Notes: generated by a model from the sequence alone, not told the origin. 64,000 nucleotides of DNA from Eledone cirrhosa (GCA_964016885.1 OZ024745.1:103230001-103294000), one strand, 5' to 3'. Shown: positions 12,961 through 27,700, counted from the first letter of the stretch. A program made the numbers and translations.

Positions 12961-15122
12961 ATGATAGAATCAAAGAAGAAATTTCAGTAATGTCAAATAT
13001 TTATAAAATGGCTTTAGTCTACCATCTACAAATAAGCTATTAATAATGTATTTCATTTACCAAAAACTATTTTCCAAGAAATCTATGAAAATATCAAGAT
13101 TAGAGTACTTGAGAAAAATTAATACTGACAAGATAATTAAATATTTATTTTAAATTCCTTCATGACCCATTTTACAAACAGTTGTTGTTATCAAGTATAT
13201 CTTATTTTGTTTCATTGCAAGAAAATTATGGCTTATGTTCCTGTTGTCAAAGTTCATTACTGATTACCAAATCCAGAAAACTGTTAGTGAAGAATTGATC
13301 CTACTAATTGTTATTGAGGTTCTAGATACCATTTTGTATATGTAAGCAACTGTCATAATCAATGAAATTCCTTTGAACAATAATACAATACAACAATAAC
13401 TTTTTGAAATGGACAAGGAGGTGCAAGGCACCTTGTGCAATGTTTTGAAGACTACCCAAATTTAGATTAATTAACTCTACTAAAGAATGAAGCTTTATTG
13501 TTAATGTTTTACTTATAAAATAAAATAAAGTATCTTAAGAATTAATATTTGTCAACCATTTGGTAATAGATTCTAAAGAAGAGTTGATATTGCATGTTGG
13601 GAAAGAGTTTTAAAAAAGACAGTTTCCTTATGTAAATACAATGACAAATTCAGCTGATGCGATTCAATCGATGATGGATTGTTATTGTTGATTCATTACA
13701 TACTTAACCCTTTAGCATTTACATTACTCTATATTTACTATTATATTTTCACAGTAAACCCGTTATCTCACATAATTATCCCACACAATATCGAATCTAT
13801 AAGATTTTGATATTATTTATTTTGAGAACAATACCTTAACATAAGTATGAGCAGTTGGTTATGACCGGTTTGAACAGAAAGAGGTGAGAGAATTCTGGTC
13901 GGATATGGCCAGTTTAAATGCTAACGGGTTAAAACAGTGTAAAATGTATTGGCAGAGCATTGCATAATTTATTGATAATATTGACAACTTAGTGATTGCT
14001 TGCATCAGTCATTGCAATATATCATTACAGCAATTAACAAAATTGGAAATAATTCTCTCAATGACAGATTATTCAAACAGTTGTATGAACAAAACAGGGA
14101 AGAATTAAATTAACTATTTCATATTCATGTGGATTATCAAAGGGTATTTTTCTGAGTCTCTTTTACAGTTCCTTTTCTTTTAAATATTTTTTTAGAAAGA
14201 GAGGGAGTTTTAATAAAGAAAATTTCATGCAAAACAACATGCCATATATGTTAGATTTATATTTTAAATTTTATTAAATGGATTTTTAGCTACAAGATGA
14301 ACTGAATTTGATTAAAACAAAGGCTGTTGTATGTGCATTTGTTTCAAATCTTATTCTGTTCAAACACACCTTGGGATATAGAGAAATCTATCAGTTTTCC
14401 AAGGCTTTCTGCATTAAAAGAAAAGACAAAAATAAATTATGATGATGTTCAGGTCTACTGTTATTGCTTGGAAGCATTACATAAGGAATTCTCTGAAGAA
14501 TTTGAAGATTCCAGATAGGATTTTCGTCAGATTTTCAAGTGAAAAGAAATGCAATTACAAGAATTGATTGAATTAAAAACTTTTTTTTTTTTTAAGCTCA
14601 AATTTGAGAATGAATACCATAATTTCTGGTTGCAGCACCAAATTTTAAATCTTTATTCTGGATTATTTCTCAACCACTGTAAAAAATAACGTTCCTAACT
14701 GCATTTCCATCAAATTTACTGGAACTTGTATTTAGTACTACTGCAGACTCTTTTCACAAAAAATAGAAACTGACAGTAAATAGTCAAATGGAGCAATTTA
14801 AGAATGTTGTATGATAATATTGAACATGAACCCATCCTAACGTGGAAAATAGACATTAAACGATAATGATGATGATGAACACGATGTGGAAAAATTAGTC
14901 TCACCACATCAGGCTCATAGGTCACATTAATAAATCAAGTAATCTTGAATACTTTAGTATAGTTACATTTCTGGTTATACAACAAATACTAAAAAAAAAG
15001 ATTTTTTTTCTAATTAAATTTTCAATGTATCATTTTGACCAACTTTACAGAGACTGGAGAACAGCTGATGAAATATATTCTCTAAAAAGGGGCGGTAGCC
15101 TGAAAAAGTTTGGGTAACACTG
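12961..15122 (+). pseudogene. Fossil hAT (Charlie/Buster, ZBED8/SCAND3-like) transposon with decayed transposase
   Basis: Interrupted translation from ATG 12961 resembles M.ESKKK...FS..SMK.SRL, EELIL, LHQSLQYIITAINKI..NSLNDRLFKQL..WLSKG. Right end AAGTTTGGGTAACACTG is a CAGTGTTACCCAAAC-type TIR. Confidence 0.75.
13704..13932 (-). mobile_element. piggyBac-type MITE P1 inserted in the hAT fossil
   Basis: TTAA-CCCTTTAGCATTTA ... TAAATGCTAACGGG-TTAA. Confidence 0.85.
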
Positions 15123-15824
15123 CACCAGAAGATTTAGAAAGAAAGTAAATATTTAAAATTTTAAAAGTACTGCTCTGTCAACAGTCCAAGAAAAATCAAT
15201 TAAAATACTTTAGGTTTAGGAAGAAACTTAGATATAAAATGCACCTAGAATTTTTGACATGATCTGTATCTGTGTTGAAATTGAAGCAATTACACTGTGG
15301 CAAAACTATTTTAACACAGTAAAATCTTTTCATTTATTTCTCGAGCTGTCAAATTGTTTGTTGTACCACTTTGACTTGCTTTGACCTGTATTATTAGATT
15401 GCTAATATGGCTCTCCTACAGAGTAGCTGATGTTAGAATTCATATGCAAAAGTAGTCCAATTTACTGGGTCATAGAAAACGAAAATAGAGTAATTAAAAT
15501 AAATCAACTTAGCAAGACACAGAGGATTACAAAATGTAATTGAGTGGATTAACTGTTGTTGCTTGGTTCCATGACCGAACCCCCCCCCCCCCCCCCAATG
15601 ATCAAAGACAATCTTGTCAGTATCCTCTCAGCTTTTTAGGTGCATGTTGATGGGTTGTGGTTTGTGCAAAAATTTGGCTGTTATTTCTAACAGATCGAGC
15701 AACCATGTAGATGTTTTCTCAATCACTAGTTAGCTATCAGTAGAATAAAGTGCTTCAATTCAAGTACAAATTCTTTTTAGTGTTTATTTTTTTTTTTTTT
15801 CGCTGCTATTGGTATTGTTATAGT

Positions 15825-16053
15825 TTAACCCTTTAGCATTTAAACTGGCCTTATTTGGTCAGAATTCTCTCACCTCTTTCTGTTCAAACCAGCCATAACT
15901 GGCCCCTCATACCGACTTTAAGGTACTGTTCTCGAAATAAATAATATCAAAATCTCATAGAGTCGATATTATGCGAGATAATTATGTGAGGTAAAGTCTT
16001 TACCATAAAAATACAATTGTAAATATAGAGTAATGTAAATGCTAAAGGGTTAA
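15825..16053 (+). mobile_element. piggyBac-type MITE P1
   Basis: TTAA TSD and perfect 14-bp TIR CCCTTTAGCATTTA/TAAATGCTAAAGGG. Confidence 0.9.
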
Positions 16054-17533
16054 CCTTGTGTCGGCTCTGATTGAACAGGTTTATGGTCAAAGGTATTCCA
16101 ATCATGATCGTCCTGTGTTTTATTCAGACTTGCATGTATTTAGAACTACTTTATCTAATGCTTTCTTAAAGATTGTATATTATAATTTGAGTGAAATCAT
16201 CATCATCAGATCAGGATGCTATTTCTAAGCAGATCAAGTGACCACCTTGGGGCTCCCCCGTTTCTCACATATGCTGGAAAGGAAAAGCCAAAAGCTGTCT
16301 CTTGAGTCAGAGACCTGATAAAATATTCTCTTGAAGATTTTGTTATCTTATCAACTACTAAGAGAAATAAAAACTGTAGCTGCCAACATGTAATCTACCA
16401 TATGAATTTTTATGGTTGTCATGTTTGACTAAGATTTTTTATCATTTTTGTTGCTTAGCCACCTGTTAGTCCTGATCAAACAGGTATTCAATTTATGGCC
16501 ATCCTGGCTTTTTTCTCAGGCATAATATGTTTCCATATTTAGGATAGTAGGATGTGATTTGAGGGAAATTTTGCTATTTTTAGCAGGTTGGGCAATGATG
16601 AGGAGTCTTTCTCATTGTCTTCAATGAGATGTTTTATTAACATAAGGTAGTTTAGCAAGAAATCCTGATAAGCAAGGCAGATATTTGAATTCCTTGCAAT
16701 ATTTATTAATCTGATTGGAGATAAGGGATCTCATTAAAATGAAACCCATGTCTTCTGTTGTTAGGAGACACAGAATGTACAAGCCATCAAGTTAACACCA
16801 GCATGCATTAATATTCAACCTAATACCAAGCTATTTAATCTACTCTCATAGTATCTGGTTTGCTTTAATTAAAGACATTATTTATTCAATTCAATCTCTC
16901 ATGATATCTCACATCAGTTGATCAAATTTCTTCCATTCCCAATTCCAACATTTTTTTTATTTTACTCATTCTCTCTTTTTCTTTCTTTCTTTTTTCTCTC
17001 TCTTTCTTTTTATCTTGCTCTCTCTCTCTCTCTCACTCTCTTTCTCACTCACTCACACTCTCTCTTTCCAACTCACTCACTTACACTCTCTCTTTCTATC
17101 TCATTCTCTCTCTCTCTCTCTTTCTATATATATATATATGTCTAACCCATTCTAGTGTGGAAGATGGACGTTAAACGATGATGATGATCATCATATATAT
17201 ATCATTCTTTCTCTCTCTCTCTCTCTCCACACATATGTATGCACACATACATATTTATAGTCTCTCATTCTGTGACAGGTTTCAGTCATTGAACTGCAGT
17301 TACACTGGGGCTCCATCTTTGATAGTTTTAGTCGCTCATGTCAATGCCAGACCTTATTCCAGTCTTTCAGTCTGGTATTTATCTTATTGATCTCTATTTG
17401 TCAATCTACAAGGTCACAGGACATAAAGGATCACAACATAAACACAGACATGAACTCACATACACCCCATCATTATAACATACTTAATAGCATACAATGT
17501 GATCTCAAATATAATGGGATCCCCAACTTTTAA

Positions 17534-17808
17534 TAATGATAATAATGAAATTATTGTGTACAGTGCTCAGGTGCACTACAACTCATCAAAGAAGATGCAT
17601 GTATAGTTCATAGAATAATGTACAAATGTTAGGAAAATGAACAGTGTATGAATGAGTCCTGATATACATATGTGCATGTGTATGGAAGGGGGATATCAGG
17701 TGTAGTGTCGGCAAATTTCAGGAAGCATGAAGGTTTTAAAGGATGCAGTGTCTCGGCAACTAACAACTGATGCAGATAGTTTGTTCCATGCTTCAGCAAC
17801 TCTGAGCT
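17534..17808 (-). mobile_element. CR1-type LINE 3' end
   Basis: Reverse complement of 39655-39920. Confidence 0.8.
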
Positions 17809-19099
17809 AAGATTCAATAATATATGTTCTCCTCTTGTATAATAGTTTCTAATATAGGAGCAAGGCAAGCACTTTTGAAGGAAGGGGTAAGTCTATTACA
17901 TCAGTTCTTGTACTTGACTGGTATTTTATTTCCTCAACACCAGAACGATGAAAGACAAAGTTGACTATGTCAAAATTTGAACTAAAAAAACATAAAGAGC
18001 CATGTCTAAATACCATAATTCACTGTCCTGGTTGCCTTATATAATGCAACTGCTAAGTACAGGCTATTACTTATATTTAAGGAAAACAACATAATAGCAG
18101 AACAAATCGTAAAACACATCAGAAACAAAACTAAAACTGGCATAGTTCCTGCATTTGCTCAGTTTTTTTTTCTCATTTTGGACCCATAACTCCTGATGGA
18201 TTACACGTAGCATTTGGGGGGCATTTTAAACCTGATAAATCCCATTCCCTTCCCATGTCTGAACACAGTCGATTTCTTCCAGAGAATAAGAGAGAGAGAG
18301 AGAGTAACAGAGGAAGTTAGAAAGAGATATAGAAGAAATCACCCCAGTATTGTACTGGTACTTTTTTTTATCTACTTCAAACAGTTTTTTCAATAACTCT
18401 GTTTAAAATCTTTTGGCTTCGTTCTTTTTCCATAAATTTATGTTGCTCTTAGCAACACAAGGTTTTCTAGAGGTTGCACATATATTGTTCTATACAGCAA
18501 ACTCTATAACACTAAGTTTAAATTATGCACAATGCATTATATTTGTTTCTAACCTCCATACTTTTTTAAAGAGTGTATTCTGAAGATTTCTGTCACTCTT
18601 AGAAAGTATCAGCAATGTAACTTTTACATTTTAAGCAGTAATAATTTTCTTATTTAGGTCTGAATTGTTGATGTTCTATTTAAATTGTCCCAGAATACTC
18701 TTTTACAAAATACATGGGAGGGAGTTCCTGAAGGCCAATGATTTAGTCAGGAAGGACTGGTTATAGTCGTTAGTGTGGGGGATGATTGTTTTAATAGCAA
18801 ATTTGGAAAAGTCATTAAAATTAAGATTTTTCATTTCATTTTGTTATTCTAGTTTTATAAGTAATTTTGAAATTTCAAGTTACATTTGATCAAAACTACT
18901 AGTTTTATAAATGTATTAGAAAATTAAGCCACTTATCTAGCAACATTTAACCAAAACAAATATAAATGCATATTTGTTATAAAGGTTTGCCATCACACCT
19001 TATTGTGTGAAGAAATGAAGTCATACATACATTATACATGTAAAAAAATGACACTGTTGGAATGTCTTTCATCTTAGGTCGAATCTGGGGTTAAATAAC

Positions 19100-19286
19100 T
19101 GTTTCTACTTTAGGCACAAGGCCAGCAATTACCCAGTGCATTACTGGTACTTTATTTTATCGACCCCGCAAGGATGAAAGGCAAAGTCAACCTCGGCGGG
19201 ATTTGAACTCAGATCGTAAAGGGACGTAACTATGATGGAAAGCATGGCGTCCGACCCTCTACCGATACTGCCAATCCACCGCCCTT
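19100..19286 (-). mobile_element. SINE family B, full length with TSD
   Basis: 18-bp TSD AATCTGG(G/A)GTTAAATAAC at 19082-19099 and 19287-19304. Confidence 0.9.
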
Positions 19287-19836
19287 AATCTGGAGTTAAA
19301 TAACAACCACAAAAATCACGTGCTCAACACATGATATTAATAAATTATATTAGATATCATATGCATGAAACAATGACATAAAAAAAAGCAATAGACAGAT
19401 TGACTTAATTGTACCCATTGCTTCCTTCTTTCACAAATTGAGTTTCATAATGATTTTTGATTTAGGCACAAGGCCAGCAATTTTGGGTGTGTGAAATATA
19501 ATTTTCACATTGAAGTTCTTAAAAATTATTTCATTCATAGCATGTATGTTAGTTTTAGACATGTTTACCTTCTTAATGCAGAGTTGTATGTCCATTTTAA
19601 TTACACCACTCCTTGATCCTTATCTTGAACTTGAATATAGAGTGTCGTTTGACTCTGATAAACTCCTGAAGTATTTCATTTCTGTCGTGCCTTAATAACA
19701 AAGCCAGACAGATTAAAAGAATATGTATATGTGTGTATATAAATGTACATAATACTATATAGGAATCCTTAGATGAAACTATTAGTCAATATGAACCATT
19801 AACCTTTCCTTTATGTATGTATCTATGTATGTATGT

Positions 19837-22800
19837 TCTTCTGGTTTTATAATTTCACAAATTTTTTCCCAATAGAGAGTGGGTTTCTAACATAGACACA
19901 AGACTCTCTCATTGGAATTTACACAACATCAACTAGGTAGATTATGTATGCATGCATGTGTAGATATGGATGTTATTGTATGTGTATGTTTTGAGTTGTA
20001 TGTGTGCATGCTTTGTAACTGTACATGTGTATATGCAGTTATTAGGTGCAACATTTTTGGAATGTTTTACATATTTTTACTGTTCCATTAATGGATTGTA
20101 CTTGTAATTTCCTAACTAGTTGTGTTCTTTCTGTTCTTGTGAAGCCTAGCTTCTCAAGATTTGTATTGAGGCAGTTACTAACATACCCCAGTGCCTCAAA
20201 AATCACAGGCATAAATCTGAAGGTGTAATCAGGGTGGAGTATCTGCAGATTTCTCAGCTACTGTGCATGCTTTCTTCTCCCTGTCCCAAATCATACTATC
20301 TGGTCTGTTATGCCTGCATTTTATTGGGGTTTTTACTGGAACATTCCACCAGTACTCTTTCATATTATGTACGTGGATGTCTTCCACATTGCTGTAGCTT
20401 TTAATGGACTATCTTTTTTACGAACTGCATTGTACAGTGTTTTGGCCACTACATCATGCCTCATGGGTAGATAGTACCACGATGACATCTTTGGACAGCT
20501 GATGATGACATGGGTGATATCCTTGATGTTAGTTCTGCAGAGTCTGCACTTGTTATCACATCTAGGTGTTTTTGTCTGCATGCCTATCTCTTTAGTGAAT
20601 CAGGTATTTCGTGTTAATCTCCTGTTCTTGGATTGCAAAAGCATATCCTTTAAAGTGGGAGCCAATATAGCGGTTGTTGGTCCAAGATACACTACTTTCC
20701 TTATCTATATTACTCTCACTCCGGAGCTACCTGGCAACATATCCATGCATGATTTTTTGCTGATAAGCATGCAGTTTTTCATCCATGGATTCACTGCGAT
20801 ACTGCTGAGCGACTTCCCTGGGTGTGAGTTTTTTTATTATCACACAGGGAATATCTCTCAAGTTCCTTCCCAACTCTTATGTTTCATGCTGATAGGCTTG
20901 CTCGAGAGACGGGCTCCTACGCTTCGAGGTTCATAGATGTTGTCGGAGGGATATGATGCGACATTCAAATGTTGTCTGGACTGATGTTAGGCCTCTGCTT
21001 CCCTGCTTACATTTCAAGTAAAGGTGGCCTATGTCACTGTTGATGTGGAAGTTTCCGGTGTTGTTTAGTATTTTTCGAGTTCCAACATCAACTGCTCGGA
21101 TTTCATCCATCGTCCAATTGAGTATTCCAAACGTTGGTGTTAGGACAGGCACAGCAAACACATTGTGAGCCACTGTTTTATTTTGTGCAGAGAGTTCCGA
21201 TGACCATATCTTTCTTAATCGGGTGTATTCCCTGGTTACGCATTCCTTATTACAGATACCATTATAGGATATGTTCTCATCTATCCCCAGGTATCTGTAG
21301 CAGTCCTCATCAGATATTGGTGAAACAGTCAGGCCATTGATGACAATGTTGCTAGATTGGGTTGTTGTTTTTTCCCCGCTTTACAGTCATGTATGAGCAT
21401 TTATCTTGGTCAAACTCCATTCCTATGTCCTTTGAGAATGTTGTAACCAGGTCAAGATTTTTCTTCATCCCATCCATGTTCTTGGCATAGAGTTTCAGAT
21501 CGTCCACAAAGAAATTATGGGTTAGGTTCGTATTTCTGTCCTCCTGTGAGCCAATGATGTATCCCTCACATTTCTTGAGCAGGAAGGACAAGGGGTTTAA
21601 TGACAAGATGAATAATATCACAGAGAGACTGTCCCCCTGAAATATACCCCTGCAATATTTTATTTTATCAGTGAAAATAGAGTCCTCTCTCTCTGTCTTT
21701 AACCTTAGGATAGTAGCCCAAGAAGAAGACAGCCTCTCTATGGCTCTGACAACAATGTCTGGGACTTTAGCAAGTTGGAGGCCTCTATCATCCAAGAGTG
21801 GGGAACAGAATCGAAAGCTTTCCTGTAGTCCAGCCAGACTGTAGCCATATTCCTCCTAAGTTGTCGCACCTCTGACATCGCAGTTTTGTTGATTAGGAGT
21901 TGTTCAGCACATCCCCAAACCCCTTTCTTTCCAGCTGCTTGTTCATCTGTGATGATGTTATTATTTTCACAGTGATCTTGGAGGAATAGGTTCAGGCAGG
22001 CTGTATACATCTTAAACATCAGGTTCTGGCATGCAATGGGTCGGTAGTTTTTTGCCAGGTGGGTGTCTTTGTTCTTGGGGACCAGTAATGTTTGTGCTAA
22101 TGTCAACCATTCTGGTATAAGTGTATATCCCTTAAGAACTTGTTGGTAGAGGTCAGTAAGATACCTCCAATAGAATATCAGTTTTTGTACCAGTAGCCGA
22201 CAATCATGTCTCTTCCTGGTGTTTTCTTATCTTGGAGTTTTCCTATCACAGTCTCAAGGGTACCCTCACTTATTTCGTATGTTTTTGTTGTAGTGTAGGA
22301 GCAATAGTTCATTTGATTTCTCTTAGCCACACTGCATCTTGGTTGAAATTCTTCTTTTCACCCTGTATTTTGCTCCAAAAGGAATCTATGTCTTTCTGGG
22401 GTGGGGCTCAGTGACACTTATTATTTTGTTCTACATATCTCTATAGACTGATATTTGGTTTCGTCTGAATTTTTATTAAGCACTTTTCTCTCATCTACCT
22501 TCTTCAGGTATCGGCGTTTTTCGCTAACAGCTCTCAATTCTTGTTTGAGGGTGATCAGCTTATATTGAAGAGTTCTGGTTCTACTGTTACCAAACATCGT
22601 CTCTATTTTATTTTTCACTTTTTGTTGGTGAGGAGTGAGTTTTTTTTGTGTTTGTTTGCATGTAAGGAGCATTGTCACGCATCCTATGGTTTTTCGTAGG
22701 TCAGCAATTTTTTTTCTATTTTAGTTATATATGATGGTATTTTTGGTGGTGTTCTGTTCTTGTTAAAATCTCTGCTATCGCCAAGATAATGATTCACTGT

Positions 22801-23762
22801 CGTTCTAGAGCATATAAACAGGCGTTGATTTGCCAAAATGTTGGGGTTTTTATCCGTCGTAAATATTCATCCCCTATTTCGTCAATAACACGTAATATTT
22901 CATTATTTGGTTTTTTTTATTAAACATTGTCGTTTTAATACGTTCAGCAAGAGAGATATTTATACATGAATTAATTTCTCCTTGGAAGATTTCGTTGAGG
23001 GAAATTTTCAATTGTTTATACTTTTGATTATTATCATTATCGATAGTATTTTCCATAACAGTCGAGGTAGACTTGGATGGTACACGTCGTGTCAAATTTC
23101 TTCGATTATTATTATTATCGATAGTGTTTTCCCCAGCATACGAGGTAGACTTAGATGGTACAGGTGGTGTCAAGTTTCTTACAGGCATAGTTGTTTCAAG
23201 GCACTGTTCGACCTAGCTGCTAGGAAGTTTCGTAGCATGGCGACTTGTATAACATGTTTGTTGTGAGGGACATACTTATTTATACGTTCAACAAACGTCG
23301 CTTGTGGCGTAATTGCTTCGCTGTGAAATGATTTAGCTCTGGATGTATTTCGTCCCAGTGTAGCTTCATTCTGTTCATATAGCCAATAGAGGGATTGTTT
23401 TTTGCCATTTTATAACAATTAAATAAATCATTATTAAGTTCGCAACTCCAAGAGAAATGCTATTTATAATTTCGGTTTCTTCTGTAGCTACAACTGAATA
23501 AAGTTTGTTTACCTTTCTTGTTGGTCGTCTTCGATACTTCCTTAATGTTGTTGTTGTGTTCAGCCATGGTGTTTGTAACAAATCCTTGTAAAATGAATTA
23601 TGTATTTAGTCGGATATCTCTACGAATTCGAATAAAAGGTGTCTTCAGAAGATATAGTTAGAAGAATAACCAGTTATTCAACCTGACTGTAGTTGTGGCA
23701 TTACTCATCTTAAATTTAATAAATAGTCTCCCACGCCAAAATATGCGACTGATCGCGTTGAC
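19837..23762 (-). mobile_element. Near full-length R4/Dong-clade non-LTR retrotransposon (RT, CCHC, RLE), frameshifted
   Basis: ORF pieces carry NYRPIAC, WLDYRKAFDSVPH, GIFQGDSLS, FVDDLKLY and CRLC...HVIISC...RHD. Both ends are bordered by (TATG)n. Confidence 0.9.
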
Positions 23763-24898
23763 TGTATGTATGTATGTATAATCTTGTAACACCTTATATT
23801 CGTAGCGGTACCGTATTGACACAAGGTGTTTCTTGGGCATTTTAAGAAAGATAGAAAGTGAGAGAGAGGAAATGAAAAAGAGTTATAGAGGAAGAATCTA
23901 CTCCAGTACTAGACTGGTACTTTTTTTTATCAGCCTCGAGAGGATTGTGGGTGCCTTTCCAGTAACTATAATAAAATTGTTACTTGACAAATGTACTAAG
24001 TTCTCTCTTTCTTTATGGTAGTAATACCTAGTGCAAAATAAGTCGTAAGGCTATGAGTTCATGTTGTTGTGTCTTAGTCTGTCCACTCAGCTGGCAGAAT
24101 GGAGTTTCTCCTGTAATTTGATGGGCTACAATGTAGCAGAAAAATATCTAAAACCTGACTTGTTAATTCAAATGTTTATAGCACTTTTATTAGTGGACAG
24201 ATGAGACAGACTGTTGATCCCAGTCTGAGCATTGTTTCAGCTATACTCCACAAACAAAATGTGGTCAAATCATTATGAACATGTTCAGTAAACTAAAGTA
24301 AAAATTTTAATTTAAATGGCCATCTATTAAAGTGTTAAAATATTGTTTGAGAGGCACCAGTAAAGATCTGATGAGAAGAGGATATGGTATGATTTGTAAG
24401 TTCATAGGACACCTTTTAAAAGAGGTATTACTTAATGGCCTGTATCTCTGTACTACCCAGTGTTGTGCTTCCACTGGGAAACCTTTTCTGTCTGTACCTT
24501 CTCACAAACAGTTTACCATGTAAGGGAAAGTGCAGCCAGGGCAGTGTAAAGTTCAAAAAGGACCAAAGTGTTTTATCATTACACCAGCACTAAAGTGGAT
24601 TAAGAACTAGCCATTTGTGTCCAGAGCACTGCAGCTGTAGAAGTCACATCGCTCTTCAGGTGATTCTCTAACAGTTAACTGCATGTTTGAAGGCCATTAA
24701 ATAAATAGACAACCAGAAAAAAAGAAGTTGAGTAGGTGGGAAGAACGAAAGAATTAATGGGTGAGGAATCTAGAAAGAATAGGAAACAAATGTTTTGTGG
24801 ATTTTCATTGTATCCTTTCTTATCATTCTTAGACAACAAAAATTTCTATCATTTTCAGTGAATGTTCTCTAATGAACCCTTTTGAATCACTATAATCA

Positions 24899-25215
24899 TT
24901 TCATTTCATTTCATTTCATTTTACGTCCGCTTTTCCCTGCTTGCAAGGGTGGGACGGGAACTGATTCTGGCTTGATTTCTACAGCTGGATGCCCTTCCTA
25001 ACACCAACCTCATTTACAGTGAGTGCTGGGTGCTTTTTTGCCGTGGCACCTCCACGACCACTTTGCAGTGGAATGATAGGGACCCCAGTCCCTATCATCT
25101 CATTTCTACAGCTGAGTAAACTGGAGCAATGTGAAATAAAGTGTCTTGCTCAAGGAAACAACACATCACCTGGTCTGAGAATTGAACTCACAACCTTTCG
25201 ATTGCAAGGCCAATG
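24899..25215 (-). mobile_element. SINE family A, slightly 5'-truncated
   Basis: Reverse complement of 41546-41873. Confidence 0.9.
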
Positions 25216-26199
25216 TGAAAGTTAATTATATTACTAAATTACTTAAATTCTTGATTATTTTCAAAATTATTTAGAAGCCACAGGTATCATCTTCCTTTTG
25301 AAATATGGTAATGTAAGGATTATGTGTCTTATATGGAGTCTTTTTACTTCAAGATGTTTAACCAAATGTATTATGGCACTTAAACTGCCCTATATCTAGT
25401 TGTTAATTAATATAATAAACTATGATAAAAAATATCTACCCTTATATAAGTGTGTGTATCATTTTAAGGTGGAATTTCATAGATTTCAACTATAAATTTC
25501 ATATTTTATCAAATATCAAACAAACATTACCGATTCTCAAGCAATTACAGAAATAAACAAAACATTTGTGTATTTATAAATGAAGTAAAATATACATTAA
25601 TAATATAAAGCTTTCTGATGCTGTTAGAACAGGCTGTGTTATTGTATACAAACATCTGTCATTCACCTGGTAGTTTATTTGATATATGACAACAAACAAA
25701 AATAACGAATATTTGATGCATATTAACTAAAAACATTTTTTTATTTTTTGTTTCAGAGCATTGATTAATATATTACGTGACTATTCAGAGTTTTCAGCCA
25801 TTAGATGGCTTAAAATACTTTTACAACTATTTTTATTTGAGTAACTAAAGCATATTAAATCTAAACAGATTTTTAAGAGTTTTTCTGAAACATTTTTTCT
25901 GGGAGGCAAAAATCACAATCATCTTTTTACTGTTTAGTTTTGACAATAATTTTATTGTCTCTAACTTTCTTTATTTTCAAAGATCACATATATTTCGATA
26001 AACTTGTGTGCAAAGATTTTTCCAGGTTTCTTAAAGAATGTTGTTATTGATGATATAATTCCTTAAAGGTATTCTCAGTTAACCTAATATAATCTTCAGA
26101 AAGTTAATTCATCATCATCATCATTTGACATCTGGTTTCACTGCTAGCTAGGTCTACGCAGGCTGAGTGAGCACAGCTTGCTTACATACAGCCTCATAC

Positions 26200-26600
26200 T
26201 CTGCTGAGTACATTTTATTATGGCACAAGCACTAGGGAGATTGTCATGCCCTTGGCACAATTGGCATCCCAACTTTTTGTTTGGTAAGTTTTCTATGGCA
26301 TGATGTCCTTCCTATCATCAACCACTTTACAGTGTGTACAGGATTTGTTTTATTGTGTAGATCACCAATGCTAGGAAGATTGTCATGTTCTTGACACAAC
26401 TGAAGGGTCCTTCCAACCCTTTCTTTGGCAAACTTTCTATGGAAGGATTCCCTTCCTATTATCAACCACATTACAGTGTGTAATGGGTGCATTTATCATG
26501 TACATCACCAACACTAGTGGCATGGGTTCTATAATGAGATGCCCTTCAGATCATTAAATACCTTACATGGCACTAATACTAGAGAGGTTGTCAGTTATTG
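26200..26600 (-). repeat. Tandem ~150-bp copies of SINE-A/RTE tail sequence
   Basis: Two to three repeats of CTAGG(G/A)AGATTGTCATG...TTTCTATGG...CCTTCCTAT...CAACCAC(T/A)TTACAGTGTGTA; similar array at 29675-29925. Confidence 0.55.
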
Positions 26601-26999
26601 TCCCAACTGAGGCGCCCTTTTTTCTCTACAGAGTTGGAGTAGGGTGGCAGAGAAGGCAGATAATTATGGATGTAAGGTAATTGTGGTGGGATTTGACAGG
26701 GTGATGAATAGATGGGCAAAGGGTTACCTCTGATAGCATAGGGGATGTAGTAATAGCTGAAATACCTAAACATGTGGAGGTGTGGGTGGTATGGTCACTA
26801 GCATGATGATGAAAAGAATATCTAAGAAATGGTAGTGGAGGGGTCATAGGTGGGATGGGGCACACAGGGAAGGAGAGAGAGTAGCTACTAGAGAGGGTAT
26901 CTAAGGATTTTATGGGGGGGGGGAGCTAAGGAGTGGTAGTGGAGGGGGCATGAAAGAAATGAGGTGTGGGTGTGCAGTGATGGTAAGAATAGCCAGGTT

Positions 27000-27700
27000 T
27001 TCACCAGCACAGCATAGAACTAGCCCTTGTTGTCCTTTGTCATCTCTGTTGGGAGGTTTATCTTCTTAAGGTCAGTCTTCACTACTTCGTTCCATGTCTT
27101 TCTGGGTTTGCCTCTTCCACAGATCCCAACCACTGGTGTTTCTGTTTACTGCCATGTAGTGAAGCATTGCAGTTCACTTGCAGGCATCATAGAATCTAGA
27201 CCCCTTCATTCTGAGAAAGAAGCCCTTTATTGTGAGCAGAGGTACCAGATTCTTAGACTTCTTCCATCTTATTATCCTGGCTATTACACTTTCAGAGCAT
27301 CATATCCTGGCTATCACACTTTCAGAGCATCCTCCCCACTGCTGATTACGTCATCTAGTTAACAAAACCTATCTAGAACTTCTAAGGAGCCTCACTGGCA
27401 ATTGTTGGTATTTATTTCACTTGTGCTCTTAGTGTTTACTTCTCTTCTGCATCTTCTACATATAAAGTCTATCTTTTCCATTAACCTGCCTATTATCCTA
27501 CTACATCTCTTGTGTGCACATAGATTGCACTATGTACACCTTAAGGAATTTCTTGCCAGCCCTTTCTGACATATTGAACAAGGCCACTTCCCTGATGGTA
27601 TCAGCCTCTTTCTTACTTAATAAGATTTTCGTCTTTACTAAATTTACCTTTAGCTCTTTCAACTCTACATTTATCTTCCCTCTAACTCTCACACACATTC
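27000..27700 (-). mobile_element. Decayed RTE-type LINE fragment
   Basis: LKVNLVKTKILL motif; the reverse complement encodes GRPRKTW. Confidence 0.55.

Noticed and set aside
23640-23762. HDV-like ribozyme at the 5' end of the R4/Dong element
   Set aside because: Could not identify the nested double-pseudoknot pairing by eye.
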